A DNA stretch of 64,000 nucleotides from Microcoleus sp. (GCA_052279835.1 CP181291.1:3488001-3552000); one strand, 5' to 3'; shown: positions 38,862 to 49,472, numbered from the stretch's first letter. The notes: a model not told the origin generated them from the sequence alone. Program-made: numbers and translations.

Positions 38862-40235
38862 ATGAATCTTAAGGAAGTGTTAAAAATGGCTGACGAGATG
38901 GTCTTTGCCAAAACGGGTCAGCACCTCGATAACTTACAAGAGGCAATTCTGCGAGGAACCATGCAAGGTGAGAAATATACCAAAATTGCCGAAGAGATTC
39001 ACTGTAACGAGAGTTACGTTAGGCAAGTTGGTTCGCAATTATGGCAGATAATTTCAGAAGACTTAGGGGAAGATGTCAATAAAAAGAATTTTCGCTCCGC
39101 AATGGGAAGATTTATATTTGAAAATGTCTCTAATTTTGAAAACGTAGCAATTAGTAGTTTTAACACCTGTGGAGAAGGAAGACACCCGCCAAATATCCCA
39201 AACTCACACCCACCAAATCAGGAAACATCTAACACAAAACAATCTCAAAACTCAAATCAAGATTTAAGCGAAATGCCGGAGTTGGGTGATTTATTCGATC
39301 GCACTTCCGAACTCCAAACCCTCACAACCTGGATTCTACAACAAAACAGTCGCCTCATAGCCCTCACTGGCCGACTCGGCATCGGCAAAACAACCCTAGC
39401 AGTAAAACTCGTACAACAAATTAAAGACGAGTTTGAGTACGTTATTTGGTGCAGCATAGACGCATCCCACACCCCAGATGAATTTGAACATAAACTAATA
39501 CAGCTTTTCTCCCAGTCAGAAAAACAAGATTTATCCCCAACAAACCAGAAACGCTTACCGCTGATTAAATATTTGCAAAACCATCGCTGTTTAATAGTCT
39601 TAGATGACGTTCACAACCTTTTCTGTAGTGGCGAATTGGCAGGAAAGTATAAACCAGAGTATGAAGAATATCGCTCTTTATTCAAACAGATAGAAAAATT
39701 ATCCCATCAAAGTTGCTTGCTGTTAATCGGTTGGGAACAACCGAGAGAAGTGACTCAATTTAAAAACCAAAATACTCCCATTCGTACCTTACAACTGGTA
39801 GGTTTAGACATCGCAGCCGGACGGGAAATCCTCAGAGATTGTGGGTTAGAAGAAATCGACAACTACTCAGCGCTCATTCAGCGCTATGAAGGCAATCCGC
39901 TATGGTTAAAAAGTGTGGCGAATCTGATTCAAGAGTTGGGAATCGGCGTGACAGAATTATTACTAGATGATACCATATTGTTGCCGGAAGATTTGAAAGA
40001 TGTTTTACAGCAGCAGTACGATCACACTTCCGAACTAGAAAAACAAGTTATGTCATTGTTGGCGAAAGAAAACCAGCCAGTCAACCTAGCAAAATTGCTA
40101 GAAAAAGGACAAATATCATCATCAGATTTACTCAACGCCCTCCAATCTTTATCGCGGCGCTGCTCGATCGAAAAAGAAGGAAGTCTTTACACTTTGTCAC
40201 CTGTACTGAGGCAGTATATCAAAACTCGACAATGA
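38862..40235 (+). CDS. N-terminal HTH + NB-ARC (STAND) ATPase without C-terminal repeats
   Basis: LQEAILRG...YTKIAEE...YVR..GSQLW; GRLGIGKT; LIVLDD; GNPLWL. Confidence 0.88.
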   Translation: MNLKEVLKMADEMVFAKTGQHLDNLQEAILRGTMQGEKYTKIAEEIHCNESYVRQVGSQLWQIISEDLGEDVNKKNFRSAMGRFIFENVSNFENVAISSFNTCGEGRHPPNIPNSHPPNQETSNTKQSQNSNQDLSEMPELGDLFDRTSELQTLTTWILQQNSRLIALTGRLGIGKTTLAVKLVQQIKDEFEYVIWCSIDASHTPDEFEHKLIQLFSQSEKQDLSPTNQKRLPLIKYLQNHRCLIVLDDVHNLFCSGELAGKYKPEYEEYRSLFKQIEKLSHQSCLLLIGWEQPREVTQFKNQNTPIRTLQLVGLDIAAGREILRDCGLEEIDNYSALIQRYEGNPLWLKSVANLIQELGIGVTELLLDDTILLPEDLKDVLQQQYDHTSELEKQVMSLLAKENQPVNLAKLLEKGQISSSDLLNALQSLSRRCSIEKEGSLYTLSPVLRQYIKTRQ

Positions 40236-40244
40236 ATAAATCTC

Positions 40245-40571
40245 TCAAACAACACCGCTTGTCAACTCTTGTTTCCTCAAATTCGGCAACAATGCTAAAA
40301 CATCCAAATACCACCACCAACGATGAGGTGTAATCTCCTCAAATTTGCGCTTCTGGGTTAAATCCACAAATTTCGACAACTCCTGATAAAACTCCCTTGC
40401 TTGTTCAACTAACCGTCGATCCGCATTTGCTAATAAACCGTTCTCTTCCTCAGTCAGTTGAGATTCAACTTTTGCCAACTCATCTCTTAGTTGCAACATT
40501 TCTAAATGTTCAGCCCCACTCACATCAGGAAATTCAACCATCACACAATAGTTCTTTACCAAAATATTCAT
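40245..40571 (-). CDS. hypothetical protein (antitoxin/immunity candidate)
   Basis: ATGA overlap with upstream gene; PHRWWWYLD. Confidence 0.7.
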   Translation of the reverse strand: MNILVKNYCVMVEFPDVSGAEHLEMLQLRDELAKVESQLTEEENGLLANADRRLVEQAREFYQELSKFVDLTQKRKFEEITPHRWWWYLDVLALLPNLRKQELTSGVV

Positions 40572-40981
40572 AACAAATCCTTAACTAAACCTACATAAAT
40601 AAACATTGAATTCGCCAGGTAGCTTTCGGGTTCCTTTGGAGGAAAAGCCGTTTCTAAAACTCCATCCAAGCCGATTATTACCAGCCATATTGTGTTGTTT
40701 ACACTGCTGGTAATTGTCGGATAAAACGTTTGTCCGTAAACATACACATAAACTTTAGCATCAGCATCCCTAACAATAAAACTGATAACTCCATTATATT
40801 CTTCAAGGGTGGCTTCCGGCCCTAAATGGCCTAAATTAATCCTTTTGAGTAAATGAGACATTGCTTTTCCAGGTTTCCAGAGAATTCCGTCTCTCACCCG
40901 CTCAATTGCTTTTACAATCTCTAATTGCCTACCTTCATCAAAAAACAACTTTAACCTTACCTCATAAAAACTGAACTGCAA
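40568..40981 (-). CDS. hypothetical protein (toxin candidate); start uncertain
   Basis: HLLKR...GH...YN...WLVII..DGVLETAFPP. Confidence 0.65.
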   Translation of the reverse strand: MQFSFYEVRLKLFFDEGRQLEIVKAIERVRDGILWKPGKAMSHLLKRINLGHLGPEATLEEYNGVISFIVRDADAKVYVYVYGQTFYPTITSSVNNTIWLVIIGLDGVLETAFPPKEPESYLANSMFIYVGLVKDLL

Positions 40982-41059
40982 ACAAACATATCATAACCTA
41001 TAATCGAAAAATGCAGATGATTTGGAGTCATCTGCGTTAATTCAGTAGCTCAATTAAAC

Positions 41060-41163
41060 TGGATTTACGCACTCCGACAAAGAAACCGGGTTTTTTCCGA
41101 ATCTGTCGCCTACAGCAAAGTATTCTCGTAAAAACCCGGTTTCTAGGCTTAATGCGTAAGTCT
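41060..41163. repeat. AGAAACCGGGTTTTT palindromic element
   Basis: GGATTTACGCA...TGCGTAAGTC ends with internal inverted arms. Confidence 0.85.
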
Positions 41164-41215
41164 TATAAAATAGATATAAAATATAAATTGATGCTGCTAG
41201 CAATGGAGTCATCCC

Positions 41216-41917
41216 ATGACCGCAACAAGTCCTCTTCAAACCTTGCCAGAAATCATCTACCCAGACAGCGACGGAAAACCCATATCTGACAATACCAAAC
41301 AATTCCAATTAATTGTAAAAATTCAAGGTGGCATCGATGCTTTATTCAAAGACAACGAAAATGTGTTTGTAGCAGGTGACTTGCTGTGGTATCCCGTCGC
41401 AGGAGATAACAAAACTCGCCAAGCACCTGATACTATGGTAGTCTTTGGTAGACCAAAAGGCGATCGGGGTTCCTACAAACAGTGGCTGGAAGATAATATT
41501 GCGCCTCAAGTTGTCTTTGAAATCATCTCCCCCGGCAACCGGATGACAGCAATGTTTAAGCTGTTTAAGTTCTACGAGAATTATGGAGTAGAAGAATATT
41601 ATGTCTACGATCCAGAGGATAATGAGTTAATGTGTTGGGTGCGAAGTGATGGAGAACTCAACTATATTGAATCCATGGAAGGTTGGGTAAGTCCGCGTTT
41701 GCAAGTCCGTTTTGAAACTGCATCGGGAGATTTGGAAATTTATCGTCCTGACGGACTGAAGTTTTTGTCTTATGTGGAGTTGTCAAGACAAATGGAACAG
41801 GCACAGCAACAAATGGAACAAGAAAGACAGGAGAAAGAGTTAGCACAGCAAAAAGCCGATCGCCTTTCTGAAAAAATGCGAGAAATGGGGATAAATCCAG
41901 AGGACATTTTAAGCTGA
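41216..41917 (+). CDS. Uma2 family endonuclease
   Basis: YPDSDGKP, APD, PQVVFEIISP, GVEEYYVYDP. Confidence 0.92.
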   Translation: MTATSPLQTLPEIIYPDSDGKPISDNTKQFQLIVKIQGGIDALFKDNENVFVAGDLLWYPVAGDNKTRQAPDTMVVFGRPKGDRGSYKQWLEDNIAPQVVFEIISPGNRMTAMFKLFKFYENYGVEEYYVYDPEDNELMCWVRSDGELNYIESMEGWVSPRLQVRFETASGDLEIYRPDGLKFLSYVELSRQMEQAQQQMEQERQEKELAQQKADRLSEKMREMGINPEDILS

Positions 41918-41944
41918 ATTATCTCTGCAACGGTTTAATTAAAC

Positions 41945-42130
41945 AGGATTTACTCACTCCGAATAAAGAAACCGGGTTTTTTGTGAATCTCTCACCTATA
42001 GCGAGTATTTTCGTAAAAACCCGGTTTCTGGGATTCCACTGCGACAAAGAAACCGGGTTTTTTGTGAATCTCTCACCTATAGCGAGTATTTTCGTAAAAA
42101 CCCGGTTTCTGGGCCCCCAGAGAAACCCTG
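41945..42130. repeat. tandem doublet of the AGAAACCGGG element
   Basis: Two identical core units starting near 41965 and 42046. Confidence 0.85.
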
Positions 42131-42136
42131 TTAAAC

Positions 42137-44005
42137 TCAAGCCGCAGCCTTATCTAAAGGTTGTACTTCAGATAGGTATTTGTGCAGTTGGTCGCCTTCG
42201 ACCACCTCAGTTTCTAATAGCTTCTGCGTGATTGTTTCCAACAATTCCCGATTGGCTTTGAGAATATCCAAAGCGTGCTGGTGAGCAGTTTCGACAATTT
42301 CTTTGACTTCTTGGTCGATCGCCTCAGCAGTCTGAGCACTCACCGCGCGGCGCGGATTTCCCGAACCATCGTTGAGGAACATTGCTTGTTGGCCGCGATC
42401 GTAAGCAAGAGGCCCCAACACCTTACTCATCCCGTAAGTTGTCACCATCCGTTCCGCTAAATCAGTGGCCCTTTGCAAGTCGTTGGAAGCGCCGGTAGTG
42501 ATGCTACCAAACACAACTTCCTCAGCCGATCGCCCTCCAAGTAGTGTAGCAATCTGACCCCGCAATTCCGCCTCATCCAACAAGAAACGATCTTCCGTCG
42601 GTACTTGCAACGTGTAACCCAATGCAGCCATACCGCGAGGGACGATCGAGATTTTCGAGACTTCGCCGCCGCCAGTCATCGCAGCGCCAACCATGGCGTG
42701 TCCGACTTCGTGGTAAGCCACAATCTTTTTCTCTTTGTCATTGAGCACCCGGCTTTTCTTTTCCAAGCCAGCTACAACGCGCTCAAAAGCCTCATAAAAG
42801 TCTTCCTGCGCCACAGTGAGACGCTTGTTGCGAGCAGCTAGCAAGGCAGCTTCATTGACCAAATTTGCCAAATCTGCGCCAGAAAAACCGGGGGTACGAG
42901 TGGCGATCGCCTTCAAGTCAATATCCGGGCCCAACTTCACTTTTTGCGAGTGAATATTCAAAATTGCTTCGCGGCCAGATAAATCCGGGCGATCGACCAA
43001 AACTTGGCGATCGAAACGGCCGGGGCGCAACAAAGCAGCATCCAAACTTTCCGGGCGGTTAGTAGCAGCCAGCACAATTACCGTAGTATTGCCAGCAGCA
43101 AAACCATCCATTTCAGTTAATAATTGATTGAGAGTTTGTTCCCGTTCGTCATTCCCACCAAAAGCAGCATTAGTGCTACGAGATTTACCGATCGCATCCA
43201 ACTCATCAATGAAAATAATACAAGGAGCCTGCTTCTTAGCCTGCTCAAATAAATCTCTAACCCTTGCAGAACCAACACCTACAAACAGTTCCACAAACTC
43301 CGAACCAGAGATGCTAAAAAACGGCACACCAGCTTCACCAGCCACTGCTTTTGCTAACAGAGTTTTGCCAGTTCCCGGCGGCCCGACTAACAGCACACCC
43401 TTCGGAATACGCGCGCCAATAGCCGTAAATCTGTCAGGAGTTTTTAAGAACTCAACCACTTCCACTAATTCAGTCTTAGCTTCTTCTACTCCAGCCACAT
43501 CAGCAAATGTAATCTTCGCCGATTCACCTTCCACGTAGACCTTAGCTTTGCTTTTGCCGATCGAGAGTGCACCCTGCGGACCACCACCGCCCCGGTTCAT
43601 AAAAAATTGAAAAATCGCCACAAAAATCAGGGGTGGAACTACCCAGCTCAAAACACTGCCGATCCAGCCATTTTTAGAAGGAGGAGTTGCAGCAAATTCC
43701 ACACCTTTGTCTTGCAAAAGTTTAGGCAACTCCAGGTCAAAAATCGGCGTAGTAGACAGAATTTGTCCTGGTTTATCACCTTCGCCTTTAAGTTGGTAGC
43801 GAATTTCATTTTGACCTACCGAAGCTCTGACTACATTTTGTTCTTGCACTTGATGAACAAACAAACTGTAAGGCACTTGCGGAATTTGGGGACCGAACAA
43901 ATTCGGCAAAAAGATGTTAGCCAGTAAAAACAGACTTGATAGCAATAACAAGACATTGCTAATTTGCCTAAAACGAGGCGGTTGGGGCTGGTCTTTAATT
44001 GCCAT
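42137..44005 (-). CDS. ftsH: ATP-dependent zinc metalloprotease FtsH
   Basis: Two TM segments; GPPGTGKT; RPGRFDR; HEVGH. Confidence 0.97.
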   Translation of the reverse strand: MAIKDQPQPPRFRQISNVLLLLSSLFLLANIFLPNLFGPQIPQVPYSLFVHQVQEQNVVRASVGQNEIRYQLKGEGDKPGQILSTTPIFDLELPKLLQDKGVEFAATPPSKNGWIGSVLSWVVPPLIFVAIFQFFMNRGGGGPQGALSIGKSKAKVYVEGESAKITFADVAGVEEAKTELVEVVEFLKTPDRFTAIGARIPKGVLLVGPPGTGKTLLAKAVAGEAGVPFFSISGSEFVELFVGVGSARVRDLFEQAKKQAPCIIFIDELDAIGKSRSTNAAFGGNDEREQTLNQLLTEMDGFAAGNTTVIVLAATNRPESLDAALLRPGRFDRQVLVDRPDLSGREAILNIHSQKVKLGPDIDLKAIATRTPGFSGADLANLVNEAALLAARNKRLTVAQEDFYEAFERVVAGLEKKSRVLNDKEKKIVAYHEVGHAMVGAAMTGGGEVSKISIVPRGMAALGYTLQVPTEDRFLLDEAELRGQIATLLGGRSAEEVVFGSITTGASNDLQRATDLAERMVTTYGMSKVLGPLAYDRGQQAMFLNDGSGNPRRAVSAQTAEAIDQEVKEIVETAHQHALDILKANRELLETITQKLLETEVVEGDQLHKYLSEVQPLDKAAA

Positions 44006-44137
44006 TGATAACAGTCATCCTTTAATATTAAGCAGTTTAATTCATTTATTTTCTCATCAAATACGCACGCGGTGTCAATCGGATTTCCTCACTCGATTGG
44101 TTCGGTTAACTGGGCTGCACCTATTTGGTATTAAAAA

Positions 44138-44290
44138 CGAACCGCGAAGACGCGAAGGACACGAAGGAAGAGCAGAAAGTTATAGTTATGAATTATTGGT
44201 TAATAGTTAATGAATGGTTTTTACTTCAGAATCCCTTTAAGATTCTCTCGCTCTTTTCTTACTTCGCGCCCTTTGCGTCTTCGCGGTTCG
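44138..44290. repeat. inverted-repeat (MITE-like) element
   Basis: CGAACCGCGAAGACGC ... GCGTCTTCGCGGTTCG; half copy at ~45280. Confidence 0.7.
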
Positions 44291-44307
44291 ATATAGTAGA
44301 ATTCTGG

Positions 44308-45153
44308 CTAACCGCCAGATACATTCTTAGCAAACTCTTCCCGTCCTGATACCAAATTAGCTGGAACGCCGTTAGGGAAATTTTGCGCGATTAAAGCTTG
44401 CAATTTTTCCACCCGATTTTCAGGATTCGGGTGAGAGCTCAAAAACTCCGGCTGTCCCCCGCCCTTTCTCGCAGAACCGAGAATTTGCATCACTTCCACA
44501 ATACCTTGAGGATTGTAACCTGCTTCCGTCATGAACCGAAAACCGAGCCGATCGCTCTCAAGTTCATCAGCCCGCCCGTAGCGCAAACTCACCACTTGAT
44601 TGACAGCCTGAGCAACTACAGCAGCTTGCTGGCCTCCCCCGCGCTCGTCGCTAGCCGCCACCCCCACCGCCGTTACCAAAGCCCTGCCCAACTGCTGTTT
44701 TGCCAAGTGTTCCGCAGCGTGGCGCCCGACAACGTGACCCGCTTCGTGCCCCAGTACGGCGGCCAACTGAGCCTCGGAATTCAGCAGCCGCAGCAGCCCC
44801 GCAGTAATGAAAACTTGTCCTCCCGGTAGAGCAAAAGCATTTACCGTTTGAGGATCGCGCAGCAGGTGGAATTCAAATGGATAAGGTGCTTGTTTCGCCG
44901 TCGAACCCTTGACTACCCGTTCTCCGACTCGATCGACATACTGTTGGATTTTCGGGCTGGGATAAAGCCCCCCGTACTGGGCGGCCATTTGCGATCGCGA
45001 TTGCAATCCCAAAGATATCTCTTGTTGCGGAGAAAGTTGCACCCGCTGTCTCTCTCCAGTTACGGGATTTTGTACGTCGCTGGTATAATAGGTGATTGCC
45101 CCAAAAAATGCCATTAATAGCCCGATCGCCATCCTGAATAAAAATTTGTTCAT
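44308..45153 (-). CDS. M48 family metalloprotease
   Basis: NAFALPGG, HEAGH, ELESD, SSHP. Confidence 0.92.
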   Translation of the reverse strand: MNKFLFRMAIGLLMAFFGAITYYTSDVQNPVTGERQRVQLSPQQEISLGLQSRSQMAAQYGGLYPSPKIQQYVDRVGERVVKGSTAKQAPYPFEFHLLRDPQTVNAFALPGGQVFITAGLLRLLNSEAQLAAVLGHEAGHVVGRHAAEHLAKQQLGRALVTAVGVAASDERGGGQQAAVVAQAVNQVVSLRYGRADELESDRLGFRFMTEAGYNPQGIVEVMQILGSARKGGGQPEFLSSHPNPENRVEKLQALIAQNFPNGVPANLVSGREEFAKNVSGG

Positions 45154-45444
45154 AGCACTTCACCTAAAAAGTTTAGCGATGATAATACTAAATCCATAGT
45201 TATTATTGCATCTATCTGAAGTATTAACTATGAAATTTATTAGGTATTTTTTGCATGGTTGCAAACATGGCTTTTTTAACGAACCGCGAAGGATCGAAGT
45301 ACGCGAAGGAAGAGGGAATAAGAACCCCCCCCAAGGGAAGAGGGAAGAAGTCAGTGGTTATTTAGCTATTTTATTGGCAAATAATAAAAAATAAAAAATA
45401 AAAAATAACCAATTACCAATTACCAATAACAAACAGTTGAAAAT

Positions 45445-46977
45445 ATGTTTCAAACTACTCGTCGTCGTCTTGCTGTGTGGTACACAGCCGTTACTGCTGT
45501 ATTGTTACTATTATTTGCTACGGGTTTCTATTTTTACGTCCGCAATACTTTAATCGATCGCATTGATGATACGCTCAATCATGTTGTGGAAATCGTAGAG
45601 CGATCGCTCGTCATCGAACCTTTAAAAAAACCTCTGTCTTCTTATGATGTTTTGTCAGGAACTAAGTTTCAAGTGAATATTCAAGGGAGTTTTCGAGATG
45701 GCAGCGATGCAGTTGATGATGACCATATCGATTTAGAATGGTTTAGTCCTACAGGTGAATTGCTATGGTCTACTTTGTCGGAACCTTTGAATATTCCGAT
45801 TCATGCTAATCGCAGTGGGGAAACGGTTTGGGTTAATCATCAGTTGCGGTTTGAGGGAGTGGAAAAGAGGGATTTAACCGCAGAGCCGCACTTGGTGCAG
45901 AGGGGAGAAGTGGCAAATTTTGATGGTTTGAAGGGAGGTTTGGAGGAGCATCGAGATTCGATCGCCCAAATTGCCAATCGCGTCTCGACAAAACCAATTA
46001 GCATTCGGACAACTCAAAACTATTCTCTCAGACAGGTGACGCAACGAGTGGAAATCGGCCGCCAAGTTTTGGGATATTTGCGAGTCAGTCATCCTTGGTT
46101 TGAAGTGACAAAACCGATTCGCCAATTAATTATTGATTTGATTTTGGGTGCGAGTTTGACGCTGATTTGTGTAGCAGCTATTGGCTGGCTGTTGTCGGGA
46201 TTGGCGATGAAACCTGTGCGAGAATCCTATGGGCGTCTCAAACAGTTTACTGCGGATGCTTCCCACGAGCTCAGAAATCCGATCGCCACTATTCAAACTA
46301 ATGTCCAAGTCGCTTTGGCGGAACCGGATATCGAACCTCAGCAATATCAACAGCTACAAGTTATTGAACGCCTAACTCGCCGTTTGGGACGTTTGGTTGA
46401 TGATTTGCTATTTTTAGCTAGACAAGATAGTGGTATCGTACAGCAGCAGTGGATTGTGGTTCCCCTAGATGCTTTGTTGATTGAAGTAATTGAAGAACAA
46501 CTGGCGATCGCCAAAACCCAAAATCTCTCTTTATCGTTAGAAATAGTCGATTCACCAAACACAGAAGGTAACTTTACAGTATTGGGAGACTGGGATCAAC
46601 TAGCCCGACTTTTTACTAATCTCCTTAGCAACTCTGTGCAGTACACGCCCTCTGGCGGTGAAATTCAAGTGGAATTGCAGCTTTCCGTCAAAACCAAAAG
46701 AACTTCGCCGATGTTAAATCCCGCACTGCAAGTCAAAGTCACAGACACTGGTATCGGTATTTCCCCAGAAGCATTGCCGCACATATTCGATCGATTCTAC
46801 CGCGCCGATCCCGCCCGCACTCACCGCAGCGCCGCCGGTTCGGGTTTAGGATTGGCCATCGCCAAAGCCATTGTCGAAAATCACCGAGGGCACATCCACA
46901 TAGACAGCCAAGTCGCTCGAGGTACTGCCGTTATCGTCACCCTCCCCGCCCACAAATCAGAAACATCTCGCCCCTAA
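45445..46977 (+). CDS. two-component sensor histidine kinase (no adjacent regulator)
   Basis: DASHELRNP, NLLSN, DTGIG, FDRFYR, GSGLGL. Confidence 0.94.
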   Translation: MFQTTRRRLAVWYTAVTAVLLLLFATGFYFYVRNTLIDRIDDTLNHVVEIVERSLVIEPLKKPLSSYDVLSGTKFQVNIQGSFRDGSDAVDDDHIDLEWFSPTGELLWSTLSEPLNIPIHANRSGETVWVNHQLRFEGVEKRDLTAEPHLVQRGEVANFDGLKGGLEEHRDSIAQIANRVSTKPISIRTTQNYSLRQVTQRVEIGRQVLGYLRVSHPWFEVTKPIRQLIIDLILGASLTLICVAAIGWLLSGLAMKPVRESYGRLKQFTADASHELRNPIATIQTNVQVALAEPDIEPQQYQQLQVIERLTRRLGRLVDDLLFLARQDSGIVQQQWIVVPLDALLIEVIEEQLAIAKTQNLSLSLEIVDSPNTEGNFTVLGDWDQLARLFTNLLSNSVQYTPSGGEIQVELQLSVKTKRTSPMLNPALQVKVTDTGIGISPEALPHIFDRFYRADPARTHRSAAGSGLGLAIAKAIVENHRGHIHIDSQVARGTAVIVTLPAHKSETSRP

Positions 46978-46993
46978 AACTTCCCCTCTTTCC

Positions 46994-47147
46994 CAGGGCT
47001 GTTTCATTCTTTGTAGGGGCAATCCCCCCGTGGTTGCCCCAATCTCTGAAACACCTACAAAATCGTGGATGGGGAGGGTAGGAGGGTAGGCACTCTTGGC
47101 ACTACCCCTACAAAACCATGATTTGTCACCAGAATGAAACAGCCCTG
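46994..47147. mobile_element. 154-bp MITE with 17-bp TIRs and 11-bp TSD
   Basis: CAGGGCTGTTTCATTCT/AGAATGAAACAGCCCTG; CCCCTCTTTCC on both flanks. Confidence 0.88.
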
Positions 47148-47272
47148 CCCCTCTTTCCCTTTTCCTCTGCGCCCTACCACAGAAGAATCCAGTCGATTCA
47201 TGGGTGGGGAGGTCAAGTCATACATTAACATTAACGGTGGAAAACCTCGATCGAACTCGTGAGGAGTTACTT

Positions 47273-47821
47273 ATGTTTCGCCACAATCTACAATTCCCAA
47301 AATTGAGCTTGCTAGCAGCCACCTGTACAGGTTTGCTAGTCAGTCTCGCTAGCATTTCCCTTGCCGGTGGGCCACCACCCCAAGGAAAACCAGTTTCCCA
47401 ACCCGCTGCTACGCCGCCAGCTAATGGTAAACCCGTCAGCGAACCGACTCCTGCTACACCGACTCCTGCGGTACCCCAAAATGCACCTCCCCGATTTCCG
47501 TTTCCCGGTGCCAGAGTCACCCCAGTAGACGGTATGGTGACAATCAAGCTGGTAAATAGCACCAACGCCGTGATCAATTATCAAGTAGTTGGAATGAGTC
47601 AATCTCGCACTCTGGGGGAACAATCAGAAATTTCGATCAAAAACTTGAAAGCCCCACTCACCCTCACTTACCAGCGCTCTGATGGCGGATTGCTGTTGGT
47701 GCGAGCCCAAGCAACAGCTACAGCGGGAATGTTGCAAATCACTTTTGGCGCAACCACTGACTTGGGCGCTGATACCAAATCCCTGGAAGTTCAGGAAGAT
47801 GGGAAAGTATTTTTGAATTAG
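47273..47821 (+). CDS. secreted proline-rich hypothetical protein
   Basis: GAGGAG RBS; signal peptide; P-rich linker. Confidence 0.75.
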   Translation: MFRHNLQFPKLSLLAATCTGLLVSLASISLAGGPPPQGKPVSQPAATPPANGKPVSEPTPATPTPAVPQNAPPRFPFPGARVTPVDGMVTIKLVNSTNAVINYQVVGMSQSRTLGEQSEISIKNLKAPLTLTYQRSDGGLLLVRAQATATAGMLQITFGATTDLGADTKSLEVQEDGKVFLN

Positions 47822-48065
47822 TCATTAGTCATTGGTCATTAGTCATTGGTCATTAGTCATTAGTCATTAGTTATTAGTTATTGGTTATTGGTTATTAGTT
47901 AGCTCTTGACAATAACTAATAACTAATATCAAATTCGCCTGATTTCTTTAGTAAAACAGGAGACGGTAATGCCCAATGCCCAATGCCCGATTCCCAATGC
48001 CCAATTCCCGATTCCCAATTCCCAATTCCCAATTCCCGATTCCCAATTCCCAATTCCCAATTCCC
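47818..48065. repeat. STRR heptamer arrays (TTAGTCA/TTGGTCA and AATTCCC/AATGCCC)
   Basis: Tandem 7-mers at ~47818-47900 and ~47968-48065. Confidence 0.9.
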
Positions 48066-48074
48066 TATTACGAG

Positions 48075-49274
48075 TTAATCGCCTAGTAACAAAGGAGGTA
48101 ACTGAGTAAAAGGTAAATCCTGGTTGACTGCATCAATTTCTGCCTGTTCTCGTTCATTGATTTGACCGATATAAGACTTCAGAATTTGCGCCAAACGGTT
48201 GTTATAAAATCGGTGCAAACTATAATTTGGTGTGGCTGGAAAGCCGCGCCGTTTTTTGTGCCGCCCGCCCGCACCGGGATCGAAGGTTTGGATGCCCCGA
48301 TCGATCGCCCATTCGATCGGTGTATAGTAACAAGCGTCGAAGTGCAAGCAGTCAATTTCCTGCAAACTCCCCCAATAGCGCCCGTAAAGTCGATCGCCCT
48401 TATACAAGCAAAAAGACATTCCCATCGGCTGTCTGTCGTCTTCCTTAGAGTAGGCTGCTACAAACAAAACGCGATCGCGATAATTGTCATGCAATTGTTC
48501 AAAAAATCGCTTTGTCAAATACTTGCTTCCCCACCACCCAAATTTGTCGCAAGTATTCTCATAAAAAGCATACATTTGCCCAAACATGGGTTGGGGAATT
48601 TCATCGCCAGTCAAGGTTTTTATTAACAAACCTGCTGTTTCAACAGCTTTACGTTCGCGCTTGATATTGCGGCGCTGATTGGCATTAAATGTGCCTAAAT
48701 AACCCTCAAAATTTTGATAGCCTTGATTTTGCCAAATATAACTGTGGTGCAGCCAAGCGCTAAAACCATGCTGTTCCATGCGCACGCGCCATACGGGATC
48801 GACGTATAGGAAATTGCAACCAGAGATATTGTGGCGATCGCAAAAATAGTCGATCGCGCTTACCATGACTCCGGTTAACTCATCTTCATCTTCCCCCTCA
48901 GCAATCAAAAACCGATAGCCTTCTGCGGGTGTAAAAGGAGTCATTCCCATCAGTTTGGGATAATATTGAACACCCAAACGTTGAGCTAAATCCGCCCACT
49001 GATTGTCGAAGACAAATTCGCCGTAACTGTGACTTTTGATATAAAGCGGCGCACAAGCAATCAACTGTTTGTCTCGCCACACTGTCAAGTGATGCGGTAG
49101 CCAACCGTTTTTACCTGTGGCGCTACCGGAAGTTTCGAGATTGTTGAGCCAATTCCATTCGAGAAATGGCGTTTTTAGCGACATCGCCAAAGCATCCCAG
49201 GAGGCTTGCGAAATATCTGCTATTTTCGTAATCCAGGCTACAGAGTATTGTTGAGCTTTTGGCTTTGGCAGCAT
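48075..49274 (-). CDS. GNAT/FemAB-like protein (DUF482)
   Basis: [31 protein letters not shown]. Confidence 0.9.
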   Translation of the reverse strand: MLPKPKAQQYSVAWITKIADISQASWDALAMSLKTPFLEWNWLNNLETSGSATGKNGWLPHHLTVWRDKQLIACAPLYIKSHSYGEFVFDNQWADLAQRLGVQYYPKLMGMTPFTPAEGYRFLIAEGEDEDELTGVMVSAIDYFCDRHNISGCNFLYVDPVWRVRMEQHGFSAWLHHSYIWQNQGYQNFEGYLGTFNANQRRNIKRERKAVETAGLLIKTLTGDEIPQPMFGQMYAFYENTCDKFGWWGSKYLTKRFFEQLHDNYRDRVLFVAAYSKEDDRQPMGMSFCLYKGDRLYGRYWGSLQEIDCLHFDACYYTPIEWAIDRGIQTFDPGAGGRHKKRRGFPATPNYSLHRFYNNRLAQILKSYIGQINEREQAEIDAVNQDLPFTQLPPLLLGD

Positions 49275-49341
49275 AGGGAAATTTGAGCGTAGAGCGATCG
49301 AACTTCATTTAACTTAATATAAATTCCCTTCTTCGACACTC

Positions 49342-49472
49342 GTTACCAGGCTCTGCCTGGTAATGCAGATCCAGAGGCTCTGCCTCAATTTTCCTGTGCA
49401 AGCGAGGCAGAGCCTCTAGACATGGGTTCCCAGGCAGAGCCTAGGAACCAGTTAGAGAGAGCCTGGGAACCA
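49342..49472. repeat. AGGCTCTGCCT/AGGCAGAGCCT palindromic element
   Basis: Multiple inverted arms; same family at 63385-63505. Confidence 0.8.

Noticed and set aside
41945..42130. Possible mini CRISPR array
   Set aside because: Two identical palindromic units with identical interiors; no unique spacers or cas genes; dispersed repeat family
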